This document shows positions 1 through 9,852 of a stretch of DNA of 64,000 bases, piece by piece. Both the position numbers and the translations under genes were made by a program. Source of the DNA: an uncultured Eubacteriales bacterium (GTDB lineage: Bacteria; Acidobacteriota; Aminicenantia; Aminicenantales; Aminicenantaceae). Under the pieces are notes generated by a model. That model was not told the origin of the DNA. It saw nothing but the letters and a program-made list of their open reading frames with translations, and did no database searches. The first letter of the stretch is position 1. Each line of letters opens with the position of its first letter. The stretch is taken from NCBI GenBank assembly GCA_964410125.1, contig CAYPGQ010000006.1, forward strand, positions 29,194 to 93,193, read 5' to 3'.

Positions 1-1
1 C

Positions 2-448
2 GGCAAACCAGTCAACATCAAAAAAGGGCAGTTTCTTGCCCCACACGACATTAAAAACACCGTGGAAAAAGTTTTAAGCCAAGGAAATGCCAATATCCTT
101 CTTACAGAAAGGGGGACATCTTTCGGCTACAACAATCTCGTCTTTGATGTTCGATCCATCCCTATCATGAAAAATTTGGGATTTCCCGTGGTCATCGATG
201 CCTCTCACTGCGTGCAAAAACCTGGGGGAGAAGGCACTTATTCAGGCGGAGACGCAGAATTTATTCCGCACATCGCATCCGCCGGAATCGCCGCAGGCGC
301 AGACGGGGTTTTCCTAGAAATCCATGACAACCCTCCCAAAGCGCTTTCGGATGGCCCTAACTCTTTGAATATAAACAATTTAGAGGATTTGCTGCGCATT
401 CTTATGCGTGTAAAAAACGCGATACATAACAAAGACAACTCAGTTTAA
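2..448 (+). CDS. kdsA: 3-deoxy-8-phosphooctulonate (KDO-8-P) synthase, C-terminal part; the 5' end lies outside the window
   Basis: The frame is open from the window edge (GKPVNIKKGQFLAP...). LTERGTSFGYNNLVFDVRS and VIDASHCVQKPGG are typical of KdsA. It is followed by kdsD and kdsC. Confidence 0.85.
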   Translation, partial: GKPVNIKKGQFLAPHDIKNTVEKVLSQGNANILLTERGTSFGYNNLVFDVRSIPIMKNLGFPVVIDASHCVQKPGGEGTYSGGDAEFIPHIASAGIAAGADGVFLEIHDNPPKALSDGPNSLNINNLEDLLRILMRVKNAIHNKDNSV

Positions 449-460
449 GACACCAGGAAA

Positions 461-1438
461 ATGGCAATGACAAAAAAAGAAATTATCAACATCGGAAAAC
501 AAGTCCTCGAGTTGGAAGCAAAAGCGTTGCAGGATCTTGTCCCTAGGCTCGATGAAAACTTTGCCAATGCCGTCGAGGCCCTTTCACGAACAAAATCCCG
601 CGTTATCATAACAGGGATGGGAAAATCTGGCTTAGTGGGACGAAAAATCGCTTCCACTCTGGCAAGCTGCGGAACCCCCGCCCTTTATATCCACCCAGCC
701 GAAGCAGGCCATGGGGACTTGGGGATGATCGTCAAGGATGATATCCTCGTGGTCATCTCCCATAGCGGAGAAACCCGGGAGATCAGCCATCTTCTCGAAT
801 TCGTGAAAAGGATCGGGATCAAGCTGATAGGAATCACCGGAGACAAAAAATCTAAACTGGCACAACACAGCGATATTGTTCTTGAGACGAAAGTGGAAAA
901 GGAGGCCGGACCGGCTGGGGTGGTCCCGACAGCAAGCTCTACAGCAGCCCTCGCAATGGGGGATGCCATGGCCATAGCCCTTATGAAAAAAAAGGCCTTC
1001 GGGATCAAGGATTTTGTTTTTTTTCATCCCAAAGGGGAGGCGGGAAAAAAATTGCTCAAGATCGGAGACTTAATGCACAAAGGCAGAAAAATCCCTACGG
1101 TTTTTCAAAATGCACCCATGAAAGATGTTCTTGCCGAAGTGTCGGATAAAAAGCTGGGGATGACATGTGTGATCGATAAGGACAAAAACCTCACGGGCAT
1201 CTTCACGGATGGCGATTTGAGGAGGGCTCTCCAAAAATATGGCAGCGCTTTTCTTCGCAAAAAAGCCAAGGATTGCATGTCCGATGCCCCTTTTACCATC
1301 GATAAGGACGACCTTGCCACAAAAGCCCTCCACATTATGGAGGAGAATAAAATCACTTCGTTGATCATTAAAAGCAAAAAGGGGGAAATCAAGGGGATCA
1401 TACATCTCCATGACCTCTGGCGAACGGAGATGTTCTGA
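461..1438 (+). CDS. kdsD: arabinose-5-phosphate isomerase (KpsF/GutQ family, SIS domain plus two CBS repeats)
   Basis: SIS motif ITGMGKSGLVGRKIASTLASCGTP and GHGDLGM are present, followed by a C-terminal CBS pair. It sits within the KDO gene context. Confidence 0.9.
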   Translation: MAMTKKEIINIGKQVLELEAKALQDLVPRLDENFANAVEALSRTKSRVIITGMGKSGLVGRKIASTLASCGTPALYIHPAEAGHGDLGMIVKDDILVVISHSGETREISHLLEFVKRIGIKLIGITGDKKSKLAQHSDIVLETKVEKEAGPAGVVPTASSTAALAMGDAMAIALMKKKAFGIKDFVFFHPKGEAGKKLLKIGDLMHKGRKIPTVFQNAPMKDVLAEVSDKKLGMTCVIDKDKNLTGIFTDGDLRRALQKYGSAFLRKKAKDCMSDAPFTIDKDDLATKALHIMEENKITSLIIKSKKGEIKGIIHLHDLWRTEMF

Positions 1439-1983
1439 TGACAAATCAAGACCGGGCGCAAAACATCACGTGGATTCTGATGGACGTGGACGGCACGCTC
1501 ACCGATGGCACCCTGTTGGTTTTTCCCGATGGCGAAGAACTCAAAACATATAACGTCCGAGACGGCTTGGGAATCCTTCTTGCCCATCTGGCAGGCTTGA
1601 AAACAGGAATCATCACAGGAAAAACATCCAAATCGCTGGAAATCCGGTCTGAAAAACTGAAAATCGCTGAACTCCATCAGGGGATTTTGGATAAAAAACC
1701 AGTTTTGGACAAAATTCTGGAACGGAACGGATTGACTGTCCAAGAAGTGGCCTATATCGGAGACGACTTGGGAGATCTCGAGGTCATCAAATCCGTCGGA
1801 TTCTCGGCAGCCGTGGCCGATGCCCACTCCGAAATCAAAAAACACAGCCATTTCATCTGCCAAAATCCTGGGGGGAAGGGCGCAGTCCGTGAGTTTATTG
1901 AATTTATCCTCTCCACCCAGAAAAAATGGGAAACGATTCAGGAGAATGTGAAAAATCTAACTCCCAAAAAAGATTTGGGTTGA
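1438..1983 (+). CDS. kdsC: KDO-8-phosphate phosphatase (HAD-IIIA)
   Basis: HAD motifs LMDVDGTLTDG and IGDDLGDL are present. Its start overlaps the kdsD stop (ATGA). Confidence 0.85.
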   Translation: MTNQDRAQNITWILMDVDGTLTDGTLLVFPDGEELKTYNVRDGLGILLAHLAGLKTGIITGKTSKSLEIRSEKLKIAELHQGILDKKPVLDKILERNGLTVQEVAYIGDDLGDLEVIKSVGFSAAVADAHSEIKKHSHFICQNPGGKGAVREFIEFILSTQKKWETIQENVKNLTPKKDLG

Positions 1984-2021
1984 GGGAAAAGGTCACGGGA
2001 ATAATGGGGAAGGAGAAGAAC

Positions 2022-3392
2022 ATGAGACTCAAGCCAGAAATATTTCGGCAGTATGATATTAGAGGCATTGTCGACAAAGATCTTACCCAGGAAACTGTCG
2101 AAATTCTGGGAAAAGCCATCGGCACCTATTTCCGCCGGCATAACCGATCCCATGTAGCCGTCGGGATGGACTGCCGTTTGAGTTCTCCAGCCTTTTCCGA
2201 ATCTCTGAGCCAAGGGCTTCTTTCGACCGGATGTGATATCACGGATCTGGGAACTATCCCCACGCCTCTTCTTTATTTCGCTATTTTTTTCAAAAAAATA
2301 GACGCTGGGGTCATGATCACCGGCTCTCATAATCCCCCTGAATACAACGGGTTCAAGATGATGTCCGGAGAGGATACTCTGTATGGTCCGGACATTCAAG
2401 ACATTTACCAAATCATCACATCCGATTCGTTTATTCAGGATGCGGTTGGTTCGAAAAAATATTATAACATCGTACCGGAATATTCCGATTATGTGGTGGA
2501 GAACATAAATCTGGACAAGCTAAAAAAGGTCGTCGTGGATGCCGGAAACGGAACCGGAGGTGTCGTGGCGGTTCCTATCCTCAAAAGGCTGGGATGTAAC
2601 GTTATAGACCTGTTCTGTGAAATGGATGGCCATTTCCCGAATCATCACCCGGACCCTACCCTCCCTGAAGCTCTAGAAATGTTAATCACAAAGGTCAAGG
2701 AATCCGGAGCAGACGCAGGAATCGCCTATGATGGAGATGCGGATCGCATCGGAGTAATCGACGATAAGGAGAATATCATCTGGGGGGATCAGCTCATGAT
2801 TCTGTTTGCCCGGGATATCCTCCCTTCCCATCCCGGAGCTCCGGTCATCAGCGAAGTTAAGGCTTCCAAACTCCTGTACGAAGAAATAGAGAGGCTGGGT
2901 GGCCGGCCCATCATGTGGAAAACCGGACATTCCTTCATCAAGAAAAAGATCAAACAAGAAAAAGCCCTGATTGCGGGAGAGATGAGCGGGCACATTTTTT
3001 TTGCCGACAGGTATTTTGGATTTGATGACGCCATCTATGCCTCGGCCAGACTTTTGGAGATTCTTTCCCGCTCAGAACAAAAACTCTCCGCAATGCTTGC
3101 CGATCTTCCCAAAACCTTTCACACACCCGAAATCAGAGTTTACGCATCGGATGCAGTAAAGTTTAAAATCGTCGAGACCGTGAAAAAAGATCTGGCAAAA
3201 AAATACCCCATCGTGGATATCGACGGAGTCAGGGCCCAATTCCCGAACGGATGGGGACTTGTTCGGGCCTCCAACACCCAAGAAGTCCTTGTTCTGCGAT
3301 TCGAGGCAGATACAGAACATGACCTGCAGGCTATCCGGAAAGAAATGGAAAAAGCAGTAGAACGTGCCATCCAAAGGTTGGAAAATACTTGA
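2022..3392 (+). CDS. phosphomannomutase/phosphoglucomutase
   Basis: It has the active-site loop TGSHNPPEYNGFK, the metal loop DGDADR and GEMSGH. I moved the start to ATG 2022, which follows AGGAGAAG, because the ORF-track start at 1926 would overlap kdsC. Confidence 0.85.
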   Translation: MRLKPEIFRQYDIRGIVDKDLTQETVEILGKAIGTYFRRHNRSHVAVGMDCRLSSPAFSESLSQGLLSTGCDITDLGTIPTPLLYFAIFFKKIDAGVMITGSHNPPEYNGFKMMSGEDTLYGPDIQDIYQIITSDSFIQDAVGSKKYYNIVPEYSDYVVENINLDKLKKVVVDAGNGTGGVVAVPILKRLGCNVIDLFCEMDGHFPNHHPDPTLPEALEMLITKVKESGADAGIAYDGDADRIGVIDDKENIIWGDQLMILFARDILPSHPGAPVISEVKASKLLYEEIERLGGRPIMWKTGHSFIKKKIKQEKALIAGEMSGHIFFADRYFGFDDAIYASARLLEILSRSEQKLSAMLADLPKTFHTPEIRVYASDAVKFKIVETVKKDLAKKYPIVDIDGVRAQFPNGWGLVRASNTQEVLVLRFEADTEHDLQAIRKEMEKAVERAIQRLENT

Positions 3393-4183
3393 GTCTTATC
3401 ACGATTATTTTTTTAGGGATTATCCAAGGTCTAACAGAATTTTTTCCCGTCAGCAGTTCGGGACATCTTGTACTCTTTCAGAACCTATTCGGACTGAAAG
3501 AACCGCAGATATTTGCGGATGTGATGCTCCATGTTGGCACTCTCATTTCTCTTTTTGTGTTTCTTCGACGCGAACTTCTACAGTTGTTCAAAGGACTCTG
3601 CCTGTTTGTAAGGAATCCTCAAAGATATCACAGCGATCCAAGAGTTAAACGGATTTTCGCCCTTGCTGTGGCTTCCATTCCCACCGCTCTTATCGGATAT
3701 TTTTTCAGTGATTTTTTCGAATCCCTGTTTGCTTCTCTTCAAACGGTCGGTCTGGCCCTTATTTTCACCGGTTGTTATCTCTTTTTGACAAAATGGGCAA
3801 GGATAAGACAAAAAAATCTCCTGCTGCATCCTTTCATCATAGGCATTCTTCAGGGAGCAGCCATTGTTCCAGGATTTTCCCGCTCGGGTTTGACTATCGG
3901 GGGAGCCATGTTCCTGGGTTGGAAGAGGAAGGATGCCGCACAATTCTCCTTCCTTCTCTCGATCCCGGCCATTTGCGGAGCCGCTGTTTTTCAGTTCGGA
4001 AAAATCGATACCGGATCTCAGCCCTGGCCGATCATTATCACCGGGATTGTGGTATCAGCCATAGTTGGTTATATCGCTCTGGCTGTGCTAGCGTCTGTTA
4101 TCAACAGGGGAAAATTTTATGCTTTTTCCTATTACTGTTTTTTGGCCGGCATTGCAGCCATCGCCTTTTCTTTTTTTATATAA
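3389..4183 (+). CDS. uppP: undecaprenyl-diphosphate phosphatase (BacA/UppP)
   Basis: FFPVSSSGHL and PGFSRSG motifs are present in a polytopic membrane protein. The TTG start overlaps the upstream stop. Confidence 0.9.
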   Translation: MSLITIIFLGIIQGLTEFFPVSSSGHLVLFQNLFGLKEPQIFADVMLHVGTLISLFVFLRRELLQLFKGLCLFVRNPQRYHSDPRVKRIFALAVASIPTALIGYFFSDFFESLFASLQTVGLALIFTGCYLFLTKWARIRQKNLLLHPFIIGILQGAAIVPGFSRSGLTIGGAMFLGWKRKDAAQFSFLLSIPAICGAAVFQFGKIDTGSQPWPIIITGIVVSAIVGYIALAVLASVINRGKFYAFSYYCFLAGIAAIAFSFFI

Positions 4184-4203
4184 TTCAAAATGGAGAGGAA
4201 TAA

Positions 4204-5280
4204 ATGGATATTCGGGCCGTGATCATGGCAGGTGGGGTTGGAACCCGTTTCTGGCCCTTGAGTCGAAAACAAAAACCCAAGCAATTCCTTCCGATCATCA
4301 GTGACAAAACCATGATCGAGGAAACCGTTTTTCGCCTATTGCCCCTCATTTCCCCGTCGCAAATTTATACCATAGCCAACCATTCTCAGACGAAAACGAT
4401 CAAAAAACTTTTGCCCCAAATTCCAGAAGAGAATCTTCTTGTCGAACCAAAGGGTAAAAACACCGCGCCATCATTGATGCTGGCCACAGCGGTCATCTAT
4501 CTCCAAAATCCTGAAGCAGTCGTGATCGCTCTGCCCGCCGATCACTTGATAAAGGATGCCGCGCTATTTTTAAAGAAGTTAGAGGCTGCAGGCCAAGCTG
4601 CTCTCGAAGGCACTCCTATAGTCACGTTCGGGATTCCGCCTTCCTCTCCTTCCTCAGGATACGGATATATCCAATTCTCACCGCAAGATTCAACCGAACT
4701 TTCTGGAGAAACCTTCTTTTCCGTCGAAAAATTCAAGGAAAAACCCGGCATAGAGCAAGCCAAGGAATTCCTGGACGCCGGAAACTACTTCTGGAACTCC
4801 GGAATGTTCCTATGGCAAGCCAAAATCTTCCCTATTAAACTGGAACAATACGCCCCTGAATTGTTTCCTTTCTGGGGGAAAATGGTCAAAGCCCTTGAGA
4901 CAAAACAAGAATCTCTCTTAATCTCGGTATTCGACGACATCCCTTCTATTTCGATCGATTACGCCCTGATGGAGAGAGCCCAGCCTGTCTGGATGTGCCA
5001 GGGAGATTTCGGCTGGTCGGATGTCGGAGTTTGGTCTTCTCTTTCCGACATATGGGCCAAGGACAATCGAGGGAATTCCCTTCGTGGCGATGTCATGCTT
5101 TTGGATTCAGTAAATTGCTTGGTGCATAATCCCGGCAAAATCACTGCCCTTTTGGGGGTGGAAGACTTGATCATCGTCGACACAGAAGACGCTCTTCTGG
5201 TATGCCGGAAGGATTGTGACCAAAAAGTCAAACAGATCGTGCAACAACTGAACAAAAAGGGGGAAAAGGAGCATCTCTGA
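4204..5280 (+). CDS. mannose-1-phosphate guanylyltransferase (no C-terminal isomerase domain)
   Basis: N-terminal IMAGGVGTRFWPLSR, GYGYI and FKEKP motifs indicate a nucleotidyltransferase fold. Confidence 0.85.
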   Translation: MDIRAVIMAGGVGTRFWPLSRKQKPKQFLPIISDKTMIEETVFRLLPLISPSQIYTIANHSQTKTIKKLLPQIPEENLLVEPKGKNTAPSLMLATAVIYLQNPEAVVIALPADHLIKDAALFLKKLEAAGQAALEGTPIVTFGIPPSSPSSGYGYIQFSPQDSTELSGETFFSVEKFKEKPGIEQAKEFLDAGNYFWNSGMFLWQAKIFPIKLEQYAPELFPFWGKMVKALETKQESLLISVFDDIPSISIDYALMERAQPVWMCQGDFGWSDVGVWSSLSDIWAKDNRGNSLRGDVMLLDSVNCLVHNPGKITALLGVEDLIIVDTEDALLVCRKDCDQKVKQIVQQLNKKGEKEHL

Positions 5281-5436
5281 ATCCCTATCGACGGATTCGA
5301 ACCATTTTTTCTTCCTCAGCTACCTTTCCAGAATATTTCACCTTAATTATTCAGGTTAAAATATAGGACACAAAATAAAGAAAGGCACCTTTTTTTTTAA
5401 TCGCGGTTGGTTGATGAGGATCGGGGGTGACTGTGC

Positions 5437-7206
5437 TCAGTCTTCTTTTTTTCTCTTAAGACCAAGCTCCTGGAGTTGTTTTTCCGAAACATCCGAGGGT
5501 GAACCAGTCAGCAAACACAACGAGCTGGTGGTTTTAGGGAACGGGATGACATCTCTGATGGATCCTTCGTCGGCCAACAGCATCACGATACGATCAAACC
5601 CGAGAGCAATTCCTCCATGAGGAGGAGCACCGAAACGCAGGGCCTCCAAAAAAAATCCGAATTTTGCCTCGATATCTTCCTTCTTCAGGCCAAGAATCCG
5701 GAAAATCCGCTCTTGCACATCGATATCATGGATTCGGATCGAGCCGCCACCGATTTCGACTCCGTTGAGCACCACATCGTAAGCTTTGGCTTTGACCTGA
5801 AGGGGATATTCTTCCAGGAGTTTCAAATCTTCATCCTGCGGAGAGGTGAACGGATGGTGCATAGAAAACAACCGTTTTTCATCCTCGTCCCACTCGAAGA
5901 GAGGAAAATCCGTAACCCAGGCAAACTTGTAAACCCCTGATTTTTTGGCCTCTTCGGGAAAAAGGTCCAGGCGCAGTTCGCCCAAAATCTTAAGAGCCGC
6001 GTCTGTTTTGCCGGCCACCAGCAAGACCAGATCCTGTTCAGAGCCTCCCAGTTTTTCCCAGATGGTTTTAAAGCCACTTTCTTCGAGTTTTAAGCTGGAT
6101 TTGAATTCCTGTTGTTTTTTTATCCAGATGATTCCTTTTCCACCCAGGTCTCTGGCTTTTTGGCCGAGTTTGTCCAGCTGACTGCGGGACAAGCTGGCCC
6201 CATGAGGCACCAGAAGGGCTTTCAGATTCCCACCGGAGGCAAGCGCCCCTTGGATAACCTGGGAGTCCAACGAAAAGCCGATCTCTGTCAGGTCTTCAAT
6301 CTCCATCCCAAAGCGCAGATCCGGTTTGTCTGTCCCGTATTTGGCCATGCTTTCCTGGTAAGTGAACCGGGGAAAAGGGCGTTTGATCTTCACATCAATC
6401 AGTGCAAAAGTCGACGCCAGCATGGCTTCTACCAAGTCAAACACATCCTGTTGGAAAACAAAGCTCATCTCGATGTCGATCTGTGTGAATTCGGGCTGTC
6501 GCTCCGCGCGCAAATCCTCATCCCGGAAACAGCGCGCGATCTGGAAGTACCGATCAAACCCGGAAATCATCAACAACTGTTTGAAGATTTGGGGAGACTG
6601 GGGAAGGGCAAAAAATCTTCCCTTGTACATGCGACTGGGCACCAGGTAATCCCTAGCCCCTTCTGGAGTCGATTTCGTCAAAAACGGCGTCTCGATCTCA
6701 TAAAATCCATTTTGACTCATAAAATTACGGATGGAAAGGGCAGCCTGATGGCGGAGCTTGAAATTCCTCTGCATGGAGGGACGTCTTAAATCCATATACC
6801 TATGTTTGAACCTCAATTCTTCGGTCGCTTGCGGCGGGTCCGACACAATAAACGGAGGAACCGCGGATACGTTCAAGATTTTTAACTCTTTGGCCTGGAC
6901 TTCAACATCTCCGGTCGACAATTGGAGATTGCGCAGATTGTCCTCGCGTGCAGCGACTATTCCTTTAATGCCCAAAACATATTCCATCCGGAGCTTTTTG
7001 GTTTTTTCAAGGAGCGCCTGATTCTCGGAGCCCACTACAACCTGGATCACTCCCTGCCTGTCTCGCAGGTCAATAAACACAAGATTTCCCATATCTCTGT
7101 GTTTATGGACCCATCCAAAAAGCGTGACCTCTTGACCGACATCATCGATGCGGAGGTCTCCGCAATATGTTGTCCTCTTCCAATCAGACAGATAATCGAA
7201 TCCCAT
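5437..7206 (-). CDS. aspS: aspartate--tRNA ligase
   Basis: Class II motifs FRDEDLRAERQPEFTQID, GGGSIRIH and PPHGGIALGFDR are present. I set the start to ATG 7206, giving a TGATG overlap with the hisS stop; the longer ORF-track start at 7257 would overlap hisS by about 50 nt. Confidence 0.93.
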   Translation of the reverse strand: MGFDYLSDWKRTTYCGDLRIDDVGQEVTLFGWVHKHRDMGNLVFIDLRDRQGVIQVVVGSENQALLEKTKKLRMEYVLGIKGIVAAREDNLRNLQLSTGDVEVQAKELKILNVSAVPPFIVSDPPQATEELRFKHRYMDLRRPSMQRNFKLRHQAALSIRNFMSQNGFYEIETPFLTKSTPEGARDYLVPSRMYKGRFFALPQSPQIFKQLLMISGFDRYFQIARCFRDEDLRAERQPEFTQIDIEMSFVFQQDVFDLVEAMLASTFALIDVKIKRPFPRFTYQESMAKYGTDKPDLRFGMEIEDLTEIGFSLDSQVIQGALASGGNLKALLVPHGASLSRSQLDKLGQKARDLGGKGIIWIKKQQEFKSSLKLEESGFKTIWEKLGGSEQDLVLLVAGKTDAALKILGELRLDLFPEEAKKSGVYKFAWVTDFPLFEWDEDEKRLFSMHHPFTSPQDEDLKLLEEYPLQVKAKAYDVVLNGVEIGGGSIRIHDIDVQERIFRILGLKKEDIEAKFGFFLEALRFGAPPHGGIALGFDRIVMLLADEGSIRDVIPFPKTTSSLCLLTGSPSDVSEKQLQELGLKRKKED

Positions 7207-8471
7207 CACACGTACTCCGACTCCGATAAAATCTTGAGCAGCTCCCTTTGGGTGCATGTTATTTGTTCCCCCGATTCCATCGTTTTCAACTGGAATTTCT
7301 TGTTTTTGACTTCATCATCACCTATGATCAGCACCCAAGTTGCTTCCAACCTGTCCGCCCGGCTCATCTGATTGCGGAGACTACGTTCTTTGTATTCTAT
7401 CAGACACCCAACGCCAATTCTCCGAATGGCACGTGCCAGATCCATCCCCACCTTTCTGGCCTCCTCTCCCATTGTCACCACATAGACAAAAACGTCCGGT
7501 TTCTCTTCCGTAGGGACCAGAGAAAGCAGCCGCTCCATCCCCACAGCAAACCCGGTGCCACAGACATCCGGCCCTCCAAAATCCTTCATCATGTCGTCGT
7601 ATCTTCCGCCCCCAAGGATGGAATCTTGTGCCCCCAGTTTTGAAGAGATGATTTCGAACGTGATTCTGGTGTAATAATCAATGCCTCTGACCAAAAGAGG
7701 ATCAATCCGGTATTTTATCCCATACAGATCCAGATAAGACCGGAATTGGCGGAAATTTTCGTCACATTCGGGGCAGAGATAATCCGTGATTTTCGGGAAT
7801 TCACGTGCGATCTCCCGGCAGGTTTCGACCTTGCAATCAAAAATCCTCAGGGGATTGGCATCGATCTTCCTTTGACAATCAGAACAAAGTCGGTCTCTGT
7901 GGTTTTCGGCAGCGGCCTTCAACTCCTGATGATAAGCGGGACGACCCTTGCGGCAACCAACAGAGTTCACAAGAATTTCTCTGTCTTTCACCCCGAGGCT
8001 GTTGCACAGAAAATCCGCCATTTCCACGATTTCGGCATCGATGGCTGGATCTTCCTCTCCAAAAACTTCTATATCGATCTGATGGAACTGCCGGAAACGG
8101 CCCTTTTGGGGTTTGTCATACCGGAACATCGGACCGATATAGTAGAACCGCAACGGTTGAGGTTGCAGGTGAAGCCTGTTCTCGATGATCGAACGGACGA
8201 TAGACGGGGTGTACTCAGGACGGAGTGTCAGGGACCGACCTCCTTTGTCCACAAACGTGTACATCTCTTTGGTCACGATATCTGACGTCTGGCCTGTCCC
8301 TTTCTCGAAGAGTTCGGTGGCCTCGAAAACGGGTGTCCTGATTTCCCGATACCCGTACAATTCGAAAATCCCTTTGGCTCGAGCTTCCACCCTCTGCCAC
8401 TTTCTGGCTTCCTGCGGAAGGATATCCTTAGTTCCTTTTATCGCGGCCAATTGTTTTTTTTGTGGACTCAT
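7206..8471 (-). CDS. hisS: histidine--tRNA ligase
   Basis: RLTLRPEYTPS, FRYDKPQKGRFRQFHQ and GGGRYD motifs are present, followed by an anticodon-binding C-terminus. Confidence 0.93.
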   Translation of the reverse strand: MSPQKKQLAAIKGTKDILPQEARKWQRVEARAKGIFELYGYREIRTPVFEATELFEKGTGQTSDIVTKEMYTFVDKGGRSLTLRPEYTPSIVRSIIENRLHLQPQPLRFYYIGPMFRYDKPQKGRFRQFHQIDIEVFGEEDPAIDAEIVEMADFLCNSLGVKDREILVNSVGCRKGRPAYHQELKAAAENHRDRLCSDCQRKIDANPLRIFDCKVETCREIAREFPKITDYLCPECDENFRQFRSYLDLYGIKYRIDPLLVRGIDYYTRITFEIISSKLGAQDSILGGGRYDDMMKDFGGPDVCGTGFAVGMERLLSLVPTEEKPDVFVYVVTMGEEARKVGMDLARAIRRIGVGCLIEYKERSLRNQMSRADRLEATWVLIIGDDEVKNKKFQLKTMESGEQITCTQRELLKILSESEYV

Positions 8472-9430
8472 TTTTCGGTGAAAACTCCGATTTTCCGGAA
8501 TTTCTGGTAACGTTCCTGTATTCTTTCTTCCGGAGATTTATTTTCCAGTTTCTTGAGTGCAGCATTCAGGTGTTTATTCACATTTTTGAACGTTTGCCCA
8601 TAGTCAACATGGGCACCTCCCGGTGGTTCGGGAATGACCGTATCGACAACGCCAAATTCCATCAAGTCCTTAGACAAAAATTTCAAATTCTCGGCGGCCA
8701 AGTCCACCGCACTTTGATCCTTCCAGAGAATGGCTGCACAACCCTCCGGCGAAATCACCGAGTAGAAGGAATACTCAAGCATCAAAATTGCATCCCCTAC
8801 GCCAATAGCCAGGGCACCTCCGCTTCCCCCCTCTCCGATCACAACATTGATCACCGGCACACGGAGCTTTGCGATTTCTTTGAGGTTATAGGCGATAGCC
8901 TCGGCCTGTCCTTTTTCCTCTGCCTGAATTCCCGGGTAAGCCCCAGGAGTATCTATAAGGGTGATAACAGGAAAGCCGAACTTTTCTGCCAGCTTCATCA
9001 CCCTCAAGGCTTTTCGATACCCCTCCGGATTGGGTTGTCCGAAGTTTCGTGCCAGTCTTTGTCTTGTGGTCCGTCCCTTCTGGTGACCGATGAACGCGAC
9101 TGTGCGCCCGTGGTAAAACCCAAAACCAGCTATGAGAGCAGGATCATCACCTGCTCGGCGATCCCCATGAAGCTCGGTAAAATCGGTTGTCAGGAATTCC
9201 AGATAATCCAACGTGTATGGTCTTTTCGGATGGCGGGCGATTTGCACGATATGAATAGGGGAAAAATTGGCACTTATCTGGGTCCACTCGTCCTTGATTT
9301 TTGCTCTCAGGTCCTCAATCTTTTTCCTTTTGTCAGGATTGTCAGATTCCTGGATCTTGTCTATCTCCGCCTTTAAAGCAGCGATGCCTTTTTCCAATTG
9401 ATAAAAATCTTTTTTTTCTTTCATCGGCAA
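8468..9430 (-). CDS. accA: acetyl-CoA carboxylase carboxyltransferase subunit alpha
   Basis: HPKRPYTLDY, GAYPGIQAEEKGQAEAIA and GEGGSGGALA motifs are present. There is a 4-nt overlap with the hisS start. Confidence 0.93.
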   Translation of the reverse strand: MPMKEKKDFYQLEKGIAALKAEIDKIQESDNPDKRKKIEDLRAKIKDEWTQISANFSPIHIVQIARHPKRPYTLDYLEFLTTDFTELHGDRRAGDDPALIAGFGFYHGRTVAFIGHQKGRTTRQRLARNFGQPNPEGYRKALRVMKLAEKFGFPVITLIDTPGAYPGIQAEEKGQAEAIAYNLKEIAKLRVPVINVVIGEGGSGGALAIGVGDAILMLEYSFYSVISPEGCAAILWKDQSAVDLAAENLKFLSKDLMEFGVVDTVIPEPPGGAHVDYGQTFKNVNKHLNAALKKLENKSPEERIQERYQKFRKIGVFTEK

Positions 9431-9496
9431 AAAGAATGGTTCGATTGAATGACCTCGTTTATTCTATAGAAAAAACCGGGAACTGGCAACTTTTTC

Positions 9497-9567
9497 TCCG
9501 CTTGGGTAAGCATACTTATATCCATGATGTCAAAAGGTTTTATATAGGCTTTTAGGAATGGTCTTGC
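9497..9567. repeat. intergenic motif copy 1 (CTTGGGTAAGCAT ... GGCTTTTAGGAATGG)
   Basis: It shares CTTGGGTAAGCAT and GGCTTTTAGGRATGGT blocks with 54341-54399 and, in inverted orientation, with 9676-9742. Confidence 0.5.
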
Positions 9568-9675
9568 TCCCGTGAAGATTTTTGTCGTGCTCAATACATC
9601 CTCGCCGACAATATGGGGATGCCCCCATATTGCTTCCCTCGAAGAGCGGTTCATAATGGCTAATCTTCAATGGTC

Positions 9676-9742
9676 GCTTCAACCATCCCCAAAAGCCCAA
9701 CTTATCACGGAAATAAGGATGTTTCCTCTGCTTGGGTAAAGG
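9676..9742. repeat. intergenic motif copy 2 (inverted relative to copy 1)
   Basis: GCTTCAACCATCCCCAAAAGCCC..TTATCACGG matches the reverse complement of 54365-54399. It ends with CTTGGGTAAAGG. Confidence 0.5.
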
Positions 9743-9852
9743 TCTCTTTTTCTGGAGTGCCTTTCTTGACTATCGGGAAAGGAGGGGTGCTTGCCACTGG
9801 AGGCAAAAAAAATCGGCATCTGGAGCGGAATCGAGGAAGAAAGGAGGAGGAT

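Noticed and set aside
6112-6789. A 225-aa plus-strand ORF, with others at 5617-5940 and 6922-7371, lies inside aspS.
   Set aside because: These are antisense shadow ORFs of a confidently identified aaRS gene. Their translations are low-complexity and lack motifs.
8462-9376. A 304-aa plus-strand ORF lies opposite accA.
   Set aside because: It lies fully antisense to accA, whose carboxyltransferase motifs are clear. It has no recognisable domain.
9421-9654. A 77-aa minus-strand ORF lies in the accA upstream gap.
   Set aside because: It has no RBS and no motif, and it spans the repeat and hairpin structures. The region is better explained as non-coding.
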